Source: Alphaproteobacteria bacterium (GTDB lineage: Bacteria; Pseudomonadota; Alphaproteobacteria; GCA-2731375). From it: a stretch of DNA of 64,000 nt. This document shows positions 48,019-59,215 of this stretch, piece after piece; position 1 is the first letter of the stretch, and each line of letters opens with the position of its first letter. Position numbers and translations under genes: made by a program. The notes beneath the pieces are model-generated. The model saw only the letters and a program-made list of their open reading frames with translations. It did not search any database and had not been told where the DNA came from. The stretch is from the NCBI GenBank assembly GCA_965232515.1, contig CBDDPY010000002.1:1344001-1408000 (forward strand), written 5' to 3'.

Positions 48019-48903
48019 CTATTCCGCCGCACGCGCCGGGGCCGGCAGCACCACATTTTGGGTGTATTCGACATAGCGGCCACGTAAATCAAGGGTTGTA
48101 CTTCCGGGCTTGCCATTGCCGACGACGGCATCGTCGATCTGCACGACGGGGTAGACGAAAGATGTCGTGCTGGTCAGGAACGCTTCCTTGGCCGCCTTTG
48201 CCTCGTCCACCGTGAACGGGCGTTCTTCGACCCGAATGCCGGCATCGCGCATCAGCTGCAGCAGGCGCCGCCGGGTGATGCCATTCAGGATCTCGTGGCC
48301 GGGCGGCCGGGTGACGACGGTGCCGTCCATGAGGACGATCCAGGCATTGGTCGAGCCGCCTTCGGTGACATAGCCGTCGTCATCGACCTGCCAGGCCTCG
48401 AAAGCGCCGGCGGCGCGAGCCGCCTGCTTGACCAGGACGTTGGGCAACAGCGACACCGACTTGATGTCGCAGCGCCGCCAGCGCATGTCGGGCGTGGTGA
48501 TCACCCGTATGCCGTCCTCGACCACGCTGGCCGGCGTCGGCGCCGTGCGGCGAGCCGTCACCACGACGGCGGGCCGGACCCGACGTTTCGGGAACACATG
48601 GTCGCGGCGGGCGACGCCGCGACTGACCTGGAGATAGACGATGCCATTGCGAACGCCGTTGCGGCGCACCGTCTCGGCCATCACGATCTCGAGGGCGGCG
48701 GCCGACATTGGCATGTCCATATCCAACTCGGCCAGCGAATAGGCAAGTCGTTCGAGGTGCCAGTCGTTGTCGATGAAACGGCCGTCGACGACCGCGACCA
48801 CCTCGTAGACGCCGTCGGCGAACTGGTAGCCCCGATCCTCGACATGCACCGACGCGTCAGCGTGGGCCAGATAGCGTCCGTTGACGTAGGCGATACGACT
48901 CAT
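48019..48903 (-). CDS. dat: D-amino acid aminotransferase (class IV)
   Basis: EDRGYQFADGVYE, DIKS, EGGSTN, LNGITR. Confidence 0.88.
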   Translation of the reverse strand: MSRIAYVNGRYLAHADASVHVEDRGYQFADGVYEVVAVVDGRFIDNDWHLERLAYSLAELDMDMPMSAAALEIVMAETVRRNGVRNGIVYLQVSRGVARRDHVFPKRRVRPAVVVTARRTAPTPASVVEDGIRVITTPDMRWRRCDIKSVSLLPNVLVKQAARAAGAFEAWQVDDDGYVTEGGSTNAWIVLMDGTVVTRPPGHEILNGITRRRLLQLMRDAGIRVEERPFTVDEAKAAKEAFLTSTTSFVYPVVQIDDAVVGNGKPGSTTLDLRGRYVEYTQNVVLPAPARAAE

Positions 48904-48922
48904 ACCCGACGTGCCCCTGAAA

Positions 48923-50374
48923 TCAGCGCTTCCAGTATGCCGGGTTCACCAGGGTCAACAAAGTCAATAGTTCGACCCGCCCTAGCAGCATGGCGACGCA
49001 TAACAGCGCCTTCGCCGCCGGCGGCATCGCGGCCAATCCACCGCCCGCCGGATCGATGCCCGCCATGGCCGGCCCGGCATTGGTCAGCGTGACGGCCGCG
49101 GCGGCAAGCGCGGTCAAGACGTCGACCCCCAGCAACGCCAATGCCAAGGAGATCGCGGCAAAGGCGAGGATGTATACAAAGAACAGACTCCACACCGCGC
49201 GGATCACGGCATCGGTGATCCGACGCTCTCCGAAACGCAGACTGACCACGCCGTGCGGATGCGACAGCCGGGCGAGCTCGCGGCGGGCCTGCTTGAACAG
49301 CACGGCGACCCGCATCAGTTTCAAGCCGCCGCCCGTCGATCCCGTGGATGCCCCCACCAGCAGCAGCCCGATCAGCAACACCGGCGACAGGCCGACCCAA
49401 ATCTGGGGATCGGTGCTGCTGAAGCCGGTTGTCGTCAGGGCGGATACGGCGGCGAACAGGCCGTGACGCAGGCTGCCGAGCGCCGAATGCCCGCTGGCCA
49501 CGAAAATGTAGACGGAAAGCGCCACGCCCACAGCCGCAGCGCCGGCCAGCAAGTAACGCAGCTCCGGTTCGCGGCGTATATGCTGCCAACGGCCGTGGAA
49601 CGCCGCCCAGACAAGGCTGAAATTCACCGCGCCGAACAGCATGAAGCACAGCAGAATGAGTTCCACCGCCCAACTGTCGAAGGCGGCGATGCCGCCATTG
49701 CGGGTGACGAATCCGCCGGTCGACACGGTGCTGAACGCGAGGCTGAGCGCTTCCAGCCCCGGCACGCCGGCGAGCCATAGCAAGGCCCAGCAGGCAAGAG
49801 TTACAAGCGCATAGACCCAGGCCAGCGCGCGTGCGGTCTGCGCCAGACGCGTCGCCAGGCTATCGCCCTCCCCCTTCGCCAGGGCGCTGACGAACAGCTC
49901 CAACCCACCGATGCCGATATAGGAGAGCAGCACGATCACCAGCAGGATGGTGAGAAACCCGCCGCCCCATTGCAGCAGGCCACGCCATAACAGTATCGCC
50001 GAGGAGACACCGTCGAGATCGCCGAGCACGGTGGCGCCGGTGGTCGTCAGGCCGGAGCTGGCCTCGAAGATCGCATCGATGCCGGCGAACTGCGGACCGG
50101 CGAAATAGAGCGGCACGGCGCCGAAGCCGGCGAGCACGATCCAGACCAGGACGACAAAAAGGTAGCTCTCGCGCTTGTCCATGGTCTCGCCGGACCCGCT
50201 GGTCACCGCCAGCAGGGCGCCGCCGAAAAACCCCGTCAGCACCGCCGATGCGCCAAAGCTCCAGGCCAGATCGTTGTCACCCTCGACCCAGGCGGCCAGC
50301 GCCGGCAGCAGCATGGCCAGCGCGAGGCAGGCGATCGACCAGCCCAGCGCGTAGAGCACGATGCGGTAGGACAT
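48923..50374 (-). CDS. trkH: Trk potassium uptake membrane protein
   Basis: SGLTTTGA, STGGF, TTTGF, GSTGGGLK. Confidence 0.92.
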   Translation of the reverse strand: MSYRIVLYALGWSIACLALAMLLPALAAWVEGDNDLAWSFGASAVLTGFFGGALLAVTSGSGETMDKRESYLFVVLVWIVLAGFGAVPLYFAGPQFAGIDAIFEASSGLTTTGATVLGDLDGVSSAILLWRGLLQWGGGFLTILLVIVLLSYIGIGGLELFVSALAKGEGDSLATRLAQTARALAWVYALVTLACWALLWLAGVPGLEALSLAFSTVSTGGFVTRNGGIAAFDSWAVELILLCFMLFGAVNFSLVWAAFHGRWQHIRREPELRYLLAGAAAVGVALSVYIFVASGHSALGSLRHGLFAAVSALTTTGFSSTDPQIWVGLSPVLLIGLLLVGASTGSTGGGLKLMRVAVLFKQARRELARLSHPHGVVSLRFGERRITDAVIRAVWSLFFVYILAFAAISLALALLGVDVLTALAAAAVTLTNAGPAMAGIDPAGGGLAAMPPAAKALLCVAMLLGRVELLTLLTLVNPAYWKR

Positions 50375-50401
50375 GACGGCGGCGTTCTAGATCTTGCCGG
50401 C

Positions 50402-51778
50402 TCAGAAGAAGTCGAGCCGGACCGTGAACAGCTTCTCGACCTTCTTCACCATATCGGCAAGCGCGAACATGATGACCCGGTCGCCAACCTGAACAATCGT
50501 GTCGCCGCGCGGAATGACGACCTCGTCATCGCGCACCACAGCGCCAACGATGATGCCGGCCGGCAGCCTGACGTCGCGCAGCGGCGTGCCGACCAGTGTG
50601 GAGGTTTCCAGGGCCTCAGCCTCGATCACCTCGGCCTTGCCGTCGCTCAGAGACTGCACGCCGCGAATGCGGCCACGTCGCACATGTTGCAGAATCGTGG
50701 ACACCGTCGTGGCCCGCGGATTGACCATGGCATCGATGCCGAGCGAACTGATCAGCGGGCCGTAGCTGGAGTTGTTGACCAACGTCACCGCGCGCTGACA
50801 GCCGTTTCGCTTGGCCAGCAGAGAAGCCAGAATATTGACCTCGTCATCGTCGGTGACGGCGACGACGGTCTCGGTACTCTGAACATTCGCCTCTTCCAGG
50901 ATCTCACGTTCGAGCGCGTTGCCGTGGATCACGACGGTTCGCTCCAGCCGGTCGGCGACGAACTCGGCCCGCTCTTTGTCCAATTCGATCACCTTGGCGC
51001 GCACGCCGCTTTGGGTGGCCTCGAGCTGTGTCGCCAGAAACAGGCCGATATTGCCGCCGCCGACAATGATGACGCGGTGCGCCTCCTGCTCCTCGTGTCC
51101 GAACAGCGTCAATGCGCGTGCAACATGGCCGGTATCTGCGACGAAATAGACCTCGTCGCCGACCAGCATCTGATCGTCGCCGGTGGGCACGATCATGCGG
51201 TCGCTACGGATGATGCCGACCACGACGATATTCAGGTCGGGGAACAGCTCGGTCAGCTGCCGGAGCGGCGTGTTGACGATCGGGCAATCTTCCTTGCAGG
51301 TCACGCCAATCACGCGGACCTTGTCATCGGCGAACGGAATCATGTCGAACGCGCCTGGTACTTCCAGGCGTCGCATCGCGGCCTGGGCGACCTCGCGCTC
51401 CGGCGAAATGATGACGTCGATCGGCATGTGCTCGCGACTGAACAGATCGCGCCAGATCGGTTTCAGGTAGCTCTGGTTGCGCACCCGGGCGATCTTGGTC
51501 GGCACGTTGAACAGAGAGTGCGCGACCTGACAGGCCACCATGTTGACCTCGTCCGCATAGGTGACGGCGATGATCATGTCGGCGTCCTCGGCGCCGGCGC
51601 TCTCCAGCACATCCGGCAGCGACGCCGCGCCGACCATGCCCTGCACGTCCAGCGTATCGTTCACGCGCTGCACGAGGTCCGGCCGCTGCTCGATCACGGT
51701 GACGTCGTTGTTCTCGCCGGCAAGATGCCGGGCGATGGCATAGCCGACTTGTCCGGCGCCGCAGACGATGACCTTCAT
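50402..51778 (-). CDS. trkA: Trk potassium uptake NAD-binding protein
   Basis: GAGQVG and GGGNIG RCK motifs. Confidence 0.95.
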   Translation of the reverse strand: MKVIVCGAGQVGYAIARHLAGENNDVTVIEQRPDLVQRVNDTLDVQGMVGAASLPDVLESAGAEDADMIIAVTYADEVNMVACQVAHSLFNVPTKIARVRNQSYLKPIWRDLFSREHMPIDVIISPEREVAQAAMRRLEVPGAFDMIPFADDKVRVIGVTCKEDCPIVNTPLRQLTELFPDLNIVVVGIIRSDRMIVPTGDDQMLVGDEVYFVADTGHVARALTLFGHEEQEAHRVIIVGGGNIGLFLATQLEATQSGVRAKVIELDKERAEFVADRLERTVVIHGNALEREILEEANVQSTETVVAVTDDDEVNILASLLAKRNGCQRAVTLVNNSSYGPLISSLGIDAMVNPRATTVSTILQHVRRGRIRGVQSLSDGKAEVIEAEALETSTLVGTPLRDVRLPAGIIVGAVVRDDEVVIPRGDTIVQVGDRVIMFALADMVKKVEKLFTVRLDFF

Positions 51779-51797
51779 GGATTGTCTCTTGTCGTGG

Positions 51798-53207
51798 TCA
51801 CACCGGCGCCGTTCCGGCGCCTTGCAGCCTGGCGCTGACGCCAAGCGACTTCAGCTTGCGGTGCAGGGCCGATCGTTCCATGCCGACGAACTCGGCCGTG
51901 CGCGAGATGTTGCCGCCGAAGCGATTGATCTGCGCCATCAGGTATTCCCGCTCGAACACCTCCCGCGCCTCGCGCAGCGGCATCGACATGACCTCGCCGG
52001 CCCCATTGGTGCCGACAGCGGTCGGCGTCGGCATGTTGATCTCGGGCGGCAGCATCTCGGTGCTGATCTTCTCGCTGACGTCGCCCGGCGCCATGATCAG
52101 CAACCGTTCGATGATATTGCGAAGCTGACGCACATTGCCGGGCCAGTCGTGCGACTGCAGCGCCGCCATGGCGTCGTCGCTGATCCTGCGTTCCGCGCGA
52201 CCGAGAATCCTGGCCGAGCTGCGCATGAATTCGGCCACGAGCTCGGGAATGTCCTCACGCCGATCGCGCAGGCTGGGCACGTGAATGGGCACGACATTGA
52301 GGCGATGGTAGAGATCCTCGCGGAAGCGGCCGGCCGCGATCTCGTTGCGCAGGTCGCGGCTGGACGCGCTGACGACCCGGACGTCGACCTCCACCTGGCG
52401 GCTGCCGCCGACCCGTTCGAATGTCTGGTCCACCAGCACCCGCAGGATCTTGCCCTGGGTTTCGAGCGGCATGTCGGCAACCTCGTCCAGGAACAGCGTG
52501 CCGCCATGCGCCTGCTCGAAAACGCCGACCTTGTGTCCGCCGTCGCCGCTGTCGATGCCCTCCTCGATCCCGAACAGCTCGCGCTCGACGCGTTCCGGCG
52601 CCATGCTGGCGGCATTGAGCACGACGAATGGCCCCTCGCCGCGCCGAGAACGTGCGTGCAGCAGCCGGGCGACCACCTCCTTGCCGCTGCCGGCGGGCCC
52701 GGTGATCAGGACCCGGCTGCCGGTCGGCGCAACCTTGTCGACCGCCGAGCGCACGGCATTGATCGCGGGGCTGGAACCGTCAATGCCGGTGACGTGCCCC
52801 GCCCGGGCGCGCAGCTCCTGGTTCTCCGCCTCCAGGCGGGCGGCCTCGATTGCCCGCCGCACGATCAGCAGCAGCCGGTCGGATTCGAAGGGTTTCTCGA
52901 TATAGTCGTACGCGCCGAGCTTAATCGCCGCGACGGCGGTCTCGATATTGCCGTGACCCGAGATCATCACCACCGGCACGGCGGGATGGTCCTTCTTGAC
53001 GCATTCCAGCACCTGCAGGCCGTCGAGCCGGCTGCCATGCAGCCAGATATCGAGGATCACCAGCGACGGCCGCCGGGCCTCGACCGCCGTCAGAGCAGAA
53101 TCGCTGTCGCCGGCGAGGCGGGTCTCGTAGCTCTCGTCTTCCAGGATGCCGGCGATCAGTTCCCGGATATCCGCTTCGTCGTCTACGATCAGAATGTCAC
53201 GTGCCAT
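51798..53207 (-). CDS. ntrX: Response regulator NtrX
   Basis: Receiver LDIWL, AAA domain lacking GAFTGA, Fis-type HTH. Confidence 0.93.
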   Translation of the reverse strand: MARDILIVDDEADIRELIAGILEDESYETRLAGDSDSALTAVEARRPSLVILDIWLHGSRLDGLQVLECVKKDHPAVPVVMISGHGNIETAVAAIKLGAYDYIEKPFESDRLLLIVRRAIEAARLEAENQELRARAGHVTGIDGSSPAINAVRSAVDKVAPTGSRVLITGPAGSGKEVVARLLHARSRRGEGPFVVLNAASMAPERVERELFGIEEGIDSGDGGHKVGVFEQAHGGTLFLDEVADMPLETQGKILRVLVDQTFERVGGSRQVEVDVRVVSASSRDLRNEIAAGRFREDLYHRLNVVPIHVPSLRDRREDIPELVAEFMRSSARILGRAERRISDDAMAALQSHDWPGNVRQLRNIIERLLIMAPGDVSEKISTEMLPPEINMPTPTAVGTNGAGEVMSMPLREAREVFEREYLMAQINRFGGNISRTAEFVGMERSALHRKLKSLGVSARLQGAGTAPV

Positions 53208-55482
53208 GGGACGCTACTTTGTCATCGCGCCGGTTCGAGGGTGGCGGCGTCTCGACCGCGTCCTCGCTGCCGGCATTCGGCTTGATTGGGAAGGTAATGG
53301 TGACGCAGGCGCCGCCACCGCGGGCATCCTCCAGCGTCAGTTGACCGCCATGGTCCTCGACGATCTTCTTGACGATGGCGAGGCCGAGACCGGTGCCTTT
53401 CGTCCGGGTGGTGACATAGGGTTCGGTCAGGCGCTCGCGCTGATCCGGCGGCAGGCCGCGGCCATTGTCACGGATCGTCAGCGTGACCTGCGGCCCCTCG
53501 TCCTCCAGCGTCACGCCGATGCGGCCGGTTGGCAGGTCGTCGTCCGGATCACGACCCTGGATGGCCTCGGCCGCGTTCTTCAGGACGTTCGTCAGAACCT
53601 GGCCGATCTGACGTGAATCGCAGCGCAGATCGATCGGCCCTTCCGGAAGGTTGCTGACATATTCGATGTCGGGATGCGCAACCTGCTGCGGAAACACGCT
53701 TTGCCGCACGATGTCGGTCAGGTTGTGCTGCCGCAGCGACGGCGCGGGCATGCGCGCAAAAGCCGAGAACTCATCGACCATGCGGCCGATGTCGCCGACA
53801 TGGCGGATGATCGTCTCGGTGCAGCGTTCGAAGACCTCGCGATCGGTGGTGATCTCGTCGCGGTATTTCCGACGCAAGCGTTCCGCCGAGAGCTGGATCG
53901 GCGTCAGCGGGTTCTTGATCTCGTGCGCGATGCGCCGCGCCACGTCGGCCCAGGCGGCCGTGCGCTGCGCCTGCAGCAGCTCGGTGATGTCGTCGAACGT
54001 GATGACGAAGCCCTGCCGCTCCTCGCGGCTGCGGTCGGCCGTCACCCGCACCAGCAGCGTCCGGCGTTTGTCGCCGCGATTGAGGCTGACCTGCCCGTCG
54101 ACGACCCGGTTCGGCCGGCTGCGCGCCTCGGCCAGCAGCAGGCCCAGCTCGGGCACGACATTCTCAAAACGCTGGCCGATCAGGGTGTCGATGTCGCTGC
54201 CCAACAGATCCGCCGCGGTCTGGTTCGGCAGGTTGATGCGGCCGTCGCGATCGAGACCGACGACGCCGGCGCTGACGCCGGCCAGCACGGTTTCTGTAAA
54301 GCGCCGACGGCGATCGAGCTTACGATTGGCTTCCAGCACCTCGTTGCGCTGGGCCTCGAGCTGGTTGGTCATGCGATTGAACGCGCGGCTGAGCGTGCCG
54401 AGCTCATCGTCGCTGTCGCCCTCGGGCACGCGGGCCAGCATGTCGCCCTGCCGCACGCGCTCGGCGGCCAGCACCAGCGCGCTGATCGGCCGGACCAGAC
54501 GATTGGCGAAAAGCAAACCGAGCCAGACGGCCACGAACAGCAGCATCAGCGCGACGACGATGAAGATCAGCGCCGACATCAGCTGGACGCTGGACCGGGC
54601 GCCTTCGAGCTTCTGGTACTGCGCGACGGCGGCCTGCGTCTGCTGCACGTAGCTGACGACCTGATGCTCGACGAAGCGGCCGACATAGAGATAGGCATCG
54701 AGGAAGCCCTCGAGCCGCATTAGTGCGCGCACTTGGTCCTCGGTGTCGCTGGCGAACACCACGACCTCGCCGCTGTTCACCCGCCCGATGGCCTCCAACG
54801 GCACGGCGTCGAAGGCGGCGGCCAGGCTCAACGTCGTACGAGCGAGCACGCGGCCACTGGAGTCGAACACCGTCGCTTCGCTCAACGTCCGCAGCGCGGC
54901 CTGCGTCGACAGGACCTGATTGAACAGATTTGCGTTGCGCGCCAGCCGCGGCGCGACGCGGTTGAGGTCGTTGGCCATGGCCAGGATGTCGGCGCGGATT
55001 GCCTTGCGGTGCTCGGCGACATAGGCCTGGGCGATCGCCTGCGAGCCTTCGACGGCGTTGCGGATGCGGTCGCTGAACCAGGTCTGGATGACGAGATGGA
55101 AGAACAGCGCCGCGAACACGGCGACGATAATGGCCGGCGCGACCGCCACCAGACTGAACAGACCGACGAACCGGGTATGCAGGCGCGAGCCCGCCGAACC
55201 GCTGCGCCGTTCGACATAGAGCCGCACAAGCTGCCGGGCGATCAGCGCACCGAGCGACAGCAGCAGGATCATGTCGACGACGAGCAAGCCGAGCACGAGC
55301 TGGAGGTCCTGCGCATCGGTCGACGAACCGGTCCAGGCGGCATAAGTGGCGAGCCCGGACACGGCGACGGCAACCGCCAGCGCGATCGCCAGCTTGCCCG
55401 CCAGACCGACACGCCGCGCCCAGCGCTGCAGCCGCTGCGCGACCGGCCAGCCGATCGTGTATCCGTCCGTCGTCGTCGTCAT
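53197..55482 (-). CDS. ntrY: Sensor kinase NtrY
   Basis: HAMP/PAS, AWADVARRIAHEIKNPLTPIQLSAERL. Confidence 0.93.
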   Translation of the reverse strand: MTTTTDGYTIGWPVAQRLQRWARRVGLAGKLAIALAVAVAVSGLATYAAWTGSSTDAQDLQLVLGLLVVDMILLLSLGALIARQLVRLYVERRSGSAGSRLHTRFVGLFSLVAVAPAIIVAVFAALFFHLVIQTWFSDRIRNAVEGSQAIAQAYVAEHRKAIRADILAMANDLNRVAPRLARNANLFNQVLSTQAALRTLSEATVFDSSGRVLARTTLSLAAAFDAVPLEAIGRVNSGEVVVFASDTEDQVRALMRLEGFLDAYLYVGRFVEHQVVSYVQQTQAAVAQYQKLEGARSSVQLMSALIFIVVALMLLFVAVWLGLLFANRLVRPISALVLAAERVRQGDMLARVPEGDSDDELGTLSRAFNRMTNQLEAQRNEVLEANRKLDRRRRFTETVLAGVSAGVVGLDRDGRINLPNQTAADLLGSDIDTLIGQRFENVVPELGLLLAEARSRPNRVVDGQVSLNRGDKRRTLLVRVTADRSREERQGFVITFDDITELLQAQRTAAWADVARRIAHEIKNPLTPIQLSAERLRRKYRDEITTDREVFERCTETIIRHVGDIGRMVDEFSAFARMPAPSLRQHNLTDIVRQSVFPQQVAHPDIEYVSNLPEGPIDLRCDSRQIGQVLTNVLKNAAEAIQGRDPDDDLPTGRIGVTLEDEGPQVTLTIRDNGRGLPPDQRERLTEPYVTTRTKGTGLGLAIVKKIVEDHGGQLTLEDARGGGACVTITFPIKPNAGSEDAVETPPPSNRRDDKVASHGT

Positions 55483-55547
55483 CAGGTGGCCCGTGCAGTC
55501 ACCGCCACAGCTGCGTTATCGGGGTCACAGTCTGTTGCAATATTGCA

Positions 55548-56993
55548 TCACTTGATGCCGCGTACCACCTGAATGTCAAGCTCGCGAATTTTCTTTCGCA
55601 GCGTGTTGCGGTTGAGCCCGAGCAGCAGCGCCGCCCGCACTTGATTGCCCCGGGTCGCCGACAGGCTCATTTCGATGAGTGGCCGTTCAAGCTCGCGCAG
55701 CACGCGATCGTAGAGCCCCGGCGGCGGCAAACTGTCGCCATGCGCTGAGAAATAGCGCTTCAGATGACGTTCGACCGCGCCGCCAATGCTGTCGCCGCCA
55801 CCTGAATCTCCGAACTCGGGTCCCGGCGCCGTCGCGGTCAGCTCGGCCTCGATGACTTCAATGCCGATCACCTCTTCGGCATAAAGCGCGGCAAGTCGCC
55901 GCACCAGATTTTCGAGTTCGCGAACATTGCCCGGCCAGCGATAAGTCTTCAGGCGCTCAATGCCGTCGTTATCGATTCGCTTCGGCGGCAGTCCCTCGCT
56001 CTCGGCCGTGGCGAGGAAATGCCGGACCAGATCGGGCACATCCTCCGTACGTTCGCGCAGCGGCGGCAGCCGGATCGGCACGACGTTCAGACGGTAGAAC
56101 AGGTCTTCGCGGAAGATGCCCTGATGGATCAGCTGCCGCAGATCGCGGTTGGTGGCGGCGACGATACGCACATCGGTCCTGATCGGCGTGCGGCCGCCGA
56201 CCGTCGTGTACTCGCCCTGCTGCAGCACGCGCAGCAGACGGGTCTGGGCTTCGGGCGGCATGTCGCCGACCTCGTCCAGAAACAGCGTGCCGCCCTCGGC
56301 CTGCTCGAACCGCCCCATGTTGCGGTTGGTGGCGCCGGTGAACGAGCCCTTCTCGTGGCCGAACAGCTCTGCCTCGATCAATTCGCGTGGGATCGCCGCC
56401 ATGTTGACGGCGACGAACGGACCGTTGCGGCGTTTGCCGTAGTCGTGCAGCGCGCGGGCGACCAGCTCTTTGCCGGTGCCGGATTCGCCGGTCACCATCA
56501 CCGTCAGGTCGGTCTGCATGAGCCGCGCCAGCGTGCGGTAGATGTCCTGCATCGCCGCCGAGCGGCCGATCAGCGGCAGCACCTCGTCGGCATCGTCGGC
56601 CTTGCCGGTATCGCCGCGGCGCTCGTTCGGCGTCGTCAGCGCCCGTCTGACGACGCTGGTCAGCTCCTTCAGGTCGAATGGCTTCGGCAGGTATTCATAA
56701 GCGCCGCGCTCCGTCGCCTTGATCGCGGTGATCAGCGTTGTCTGCGCGCTCATCACGACGATCGGCAGCTCCGGACGCAGCTTCTTGATCCGCGGCAGAA
56801 GGTCCAGGCCGTTCTCGTCCGGCATCAATACGTCGGTGATGACCAGATCGCCGTCACCGTCGTTGATCCAACGCCACAGGGTCGCGGCATTGCCGGTGCT
56901 GCGGACCTGGAAACCGTCGCGCCCCAGCGCCCGGTCGAGCACGGTCCGAATGGCGCGGTCGTCGTCGGCGACGAGAATGGTTCCGTTGTTCAT
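55548..56993 (-). CDS. ntrC: Nitrogen regulator NtrC
   Basis: Receiver, [25 protein letters not shown]. Confidence 0.95.
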   Translation of the reverse strand: MNNGTILVADDDRAIRTVLDRALGRDGFQVRSTGNAATLWRWINDGDGDLVITDVLMPDENGLDLLPRIKKLRPELPIVVMSAQTTLITAIKATERGAYEYLPKPFDLKELTSVVRRALTTPNERRGDTGKADDADEVLPLIGRSAAMQDIYRTLARLMQTDLTVMVTGESGTGKELVARALHDYGKRRNGPFVAVNMAAIPRELIEAELFGHEKGSFTGATNRNMGRFEQAEGGTLFLDEVGDMPPEAQTRLLRVLQQGEYTTVGGRTPIRTDVRIVAATNRDLRQLIHQGIFREDLFYRLNVVPIRLPPLRERTEDVPDLVRHFLATAESEGLPPKRIDNDGIERLKTYRWPGNVRELENLVRRLAALYAEEVIGIEVIEAELTATAPGPEFGDSGGGDSIGGAVERHLKRYFSAHGDSLPPPGLYDRVLRELERPLIEMSLSATRGNQVRAALLLGLNRNTLRKKIRELDIQVVRGIK

Positions 56994-58099
56994 GGGCCTT
57001 CCGCCTCGTACATCGGCAGCATGATCCGGAAGACCGTGCGCCGCGGGCGGCTGTCGCATTCGACGGTGCCGCCGTGGTCGTCGATAATCTTCGCCACCAG
57101 CGCCAGACCCAACCCCGAGCCCTGAGCCTTCGTGGTCACGAAGGCATCGAAGAGATAGGGCTGCAGGTCCTCCGGCACGCCCGGTCCGTTGTCCTGAATG
57201 CTGATCTCGAGCGGCAGCTTCATCCGTCGCCGGCTGCCCGGCACCGCAAGGCGCACCCCGTGGCGGAACGCCGTCGTCATGACGATCTCGCCGCCCTGGT
57301 CGGGCGCGGCCTCGGCGGCGTTCTTCACCAGGTTCAGGAAGGCCTGCACCAGCTGGTCGAAGTTGCCGTGCACGGGCGGCAGCGACGGATCGTACTGCTC
57401 GACGATGCGCAGGTGCTCGCCAAATCCGTTCTGGGCCAGCTTGCGCACCCGCTCCAGGACCTCGTGGATGTTCACCGGCGCCCGCTCGATGGGCTTGTCC
57501 GAGAACATCTCCATACGATCAAGGATGCCGCAGATGCGGTCGGTTTCATCGCAGATCAGCCGCGTCAGCTCGTCGTCGACCTGATCGGGATTCTGCTCCA
57601 GCAACTGGGCCGCGCCGCGGATTCCGCTCAAGGGGTTCTTCACCTCGTGCGCCAGCACCGCGGCGAGGCCGGTGACCGATCGGGCGGCGCCACGATGGGT
57701 GAGCTGCCGATCGATCTTGCTGGCAATGGTGTTCTCTTGCAGCGAGATCAGCACCGCGCCCGGCATGTCAGCCAGCGGCGAAACGGTGATGTTCACCAAG
57801 TGCCGGCCGATCCGCGGCGTGCCCAGATCGACGGCGTATTCAGACATCGTGTTGCCGTCGTGCCGGACCTGGGCCACCAACGACAAGACCGGGCTGCCGA
57901 ACGGCGCGACATCGGCGAGGCTTTGCCGATACAACAAGGCGGCGCCGGCGGAGAAGAACTGCTCGCCCGCGTGATTGACGTAGCGGATGGCGTCGTCGCG
58001 GTCGACGACCAGAACCGGATACGGCAATGCGCTCAGGAACGTCTCGGGATCGAAGCGAAAGCCGGCCACCGACGTCGTCCGAGCGAGTTCGGTCGTCAT
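56990..58099 (-). CDS. ntrB: Sensor kinase NtrB
   Basis: [28 protein letters not shown]. Confidence 0.95.
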   Translation of the reverse strand: MTTELARTTSVAGFRFDPETFLSALPYPVLVVDRDDAIRYVNHAGEQFFSAGAALLYRQSLADVAPFGSPVLSLVAQVRHDGNTMSEYAVDLGTPRIGRHLVNITVSPLADMPGAVLISLQENTIASKIDRQLTHRGAARSVTGLAAVLAHEVKNPLSGIRGAAQLLEQNPDQVDDELTRLICDETDRICGILDRMEMFSDKPIERAPVNIHEVLERVRKLAQNGFGEHLRIVEQYDPSLPPVHGNFDQLVQAFLNLVKNAAEAAPDQGGEIVMTTAFRHGVRLAVPGSRRRMKLPLEISIQDNGPGVPEDLQPYLFDAFVTTKAQGSGLGLALVAKIIDDHGGTVECDSRPRRTVFRIMLPMYEAEGP

Positions 58100-59085
58100 C
58101 AGGCCGCCAGCCTGTCGCCAACGGCGTCGTAGGCCTGATGGATCAGCGCGACAACGTCGGCGGGCCGGTCGCTGCGTTTTGCGACCTGACGGACCGCCTC
58201 GGGCGCGCCTGCCCGTCCGAGATACCAGTCGAGATGCTTGCGCGCGATACGCACGCCGCGATCGGTCCCATAGTGCGCCAGCATGTCGGTGTAGTGCTCG
58301 AGCACGATGTCGCGCTGCCGGACGACCGGCGGATCCGGCAGACGCCGACCTGTCTTCAGGAAGGCGATAACCTGGGCGATGAACCAGGGGCGGCCGTAGC
58401 TGCCGCGGCCGATCATCACGCCGTCGGCGCCCGATGCAGTGAGGATCGCCGCCGCGTCATCGACGCTGACGACATCGCCGTTGGCGACGACCGGGATATC
58501 GACCGCCGCCTTGACCCGCGAGATGAACGACCAGTCGGCCCGCCCCTTGTAGAGCTGACAGCGCGTGCGTCCGTGCACGGTGATCATCCCGACGCCGCAG
58601 TCCTGCGCGATCCGCGCCAGCCGCGGGGCGTTGCGCGACGCCTCGTCCCAGCCCGTGCGCATCTTCAGCGTGACAGGGATGTCCACCGCCTCGACAGTAT
58701 GGGCGATGATGCGGCCGGCATGGATCTCGTCACGCATCAGCGCGGACCCCGCCTGCCCGCCGACGACCTTCTTCACCGGGCAGCCCATGTTGATGTCGAT
58801 GATGTGGGCGCCGCGATCCCGGTTCCAACGCGCCGCCGCGGCCATGTCCTCGGGAATGCAGCCGGCGAGCTGAACGGCGCGCGGCCGCTCGTCGGTATCT
58901 GTCCGGGCACGCTCGCGCGACGCCCGGCTCTCACGCATCAGCTCGCGACTGGCGATCATTTCGGACACCACGAGGCCGCCGCCCAGACGGCGCACCATCC
59001 GACGGAACGGCAGGTCCGTGACGCCCGACATGGGCGCCAGGATAACCGGCTCTTCGATTTTTACGGTTCCGACGGAGATGGTCAT
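58099..59085 (-). CDS. dusB: tRNA-dihydrouridine synthase B (NifR3)
   Basis: [21 protein letters not shown]. Confidence 0.95.
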   Translation of the reverse strand: MTISVGTVKIEEPVILAPMSGVTDLPFRRMVRRLGGGLVVSEMIASRELMRESRASRERARTDTDERPRAVQLAGCIPEDMAAAARWNRDRGAHIIDINMGCPVKKVVGGQAGSALMRDEIHAGRIIAHTVEAVDIPVTLKMRTGWDEASRNAPRLARIAQDCGVGMITVHGRTRCQLYKGRADWSFISRVKAAVDIPVVANGDVVSVDDAAAILTASGADGVMIGRGSYGRPWFIAQVIAFLKTGRRLPDPPVVRQRDIVLEHYTDMLAHYGTDRGVRIARKHLDWYLGRAGAPEAVRQVAKRSDRPADVVALIHQAYDAVGDRLAA

Positions 59086-59124
59086 TTCTTAGGCATGTGA
59101 CCTTTGGTGCTTAATTCGAATGCA
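59079..59124. promoter_or_regulatory. Two NtrC-like boxes
   Basis: TGCTTAATTCGAATGCA (59108-59124) and TGGTCATTTCTTAGGCA (59079-59095), TGC-N11-GCA type. Confidence 0.5.
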
Positions 59125-59215
59125 ACACTAGTGGACTTGATGCCGCAGTGCAACATTGGGCAATAGTTATCGTCGACGGCTTGGCGCGGGGCGAACGGGG
59201 CTTTAGGTTGCCGCC

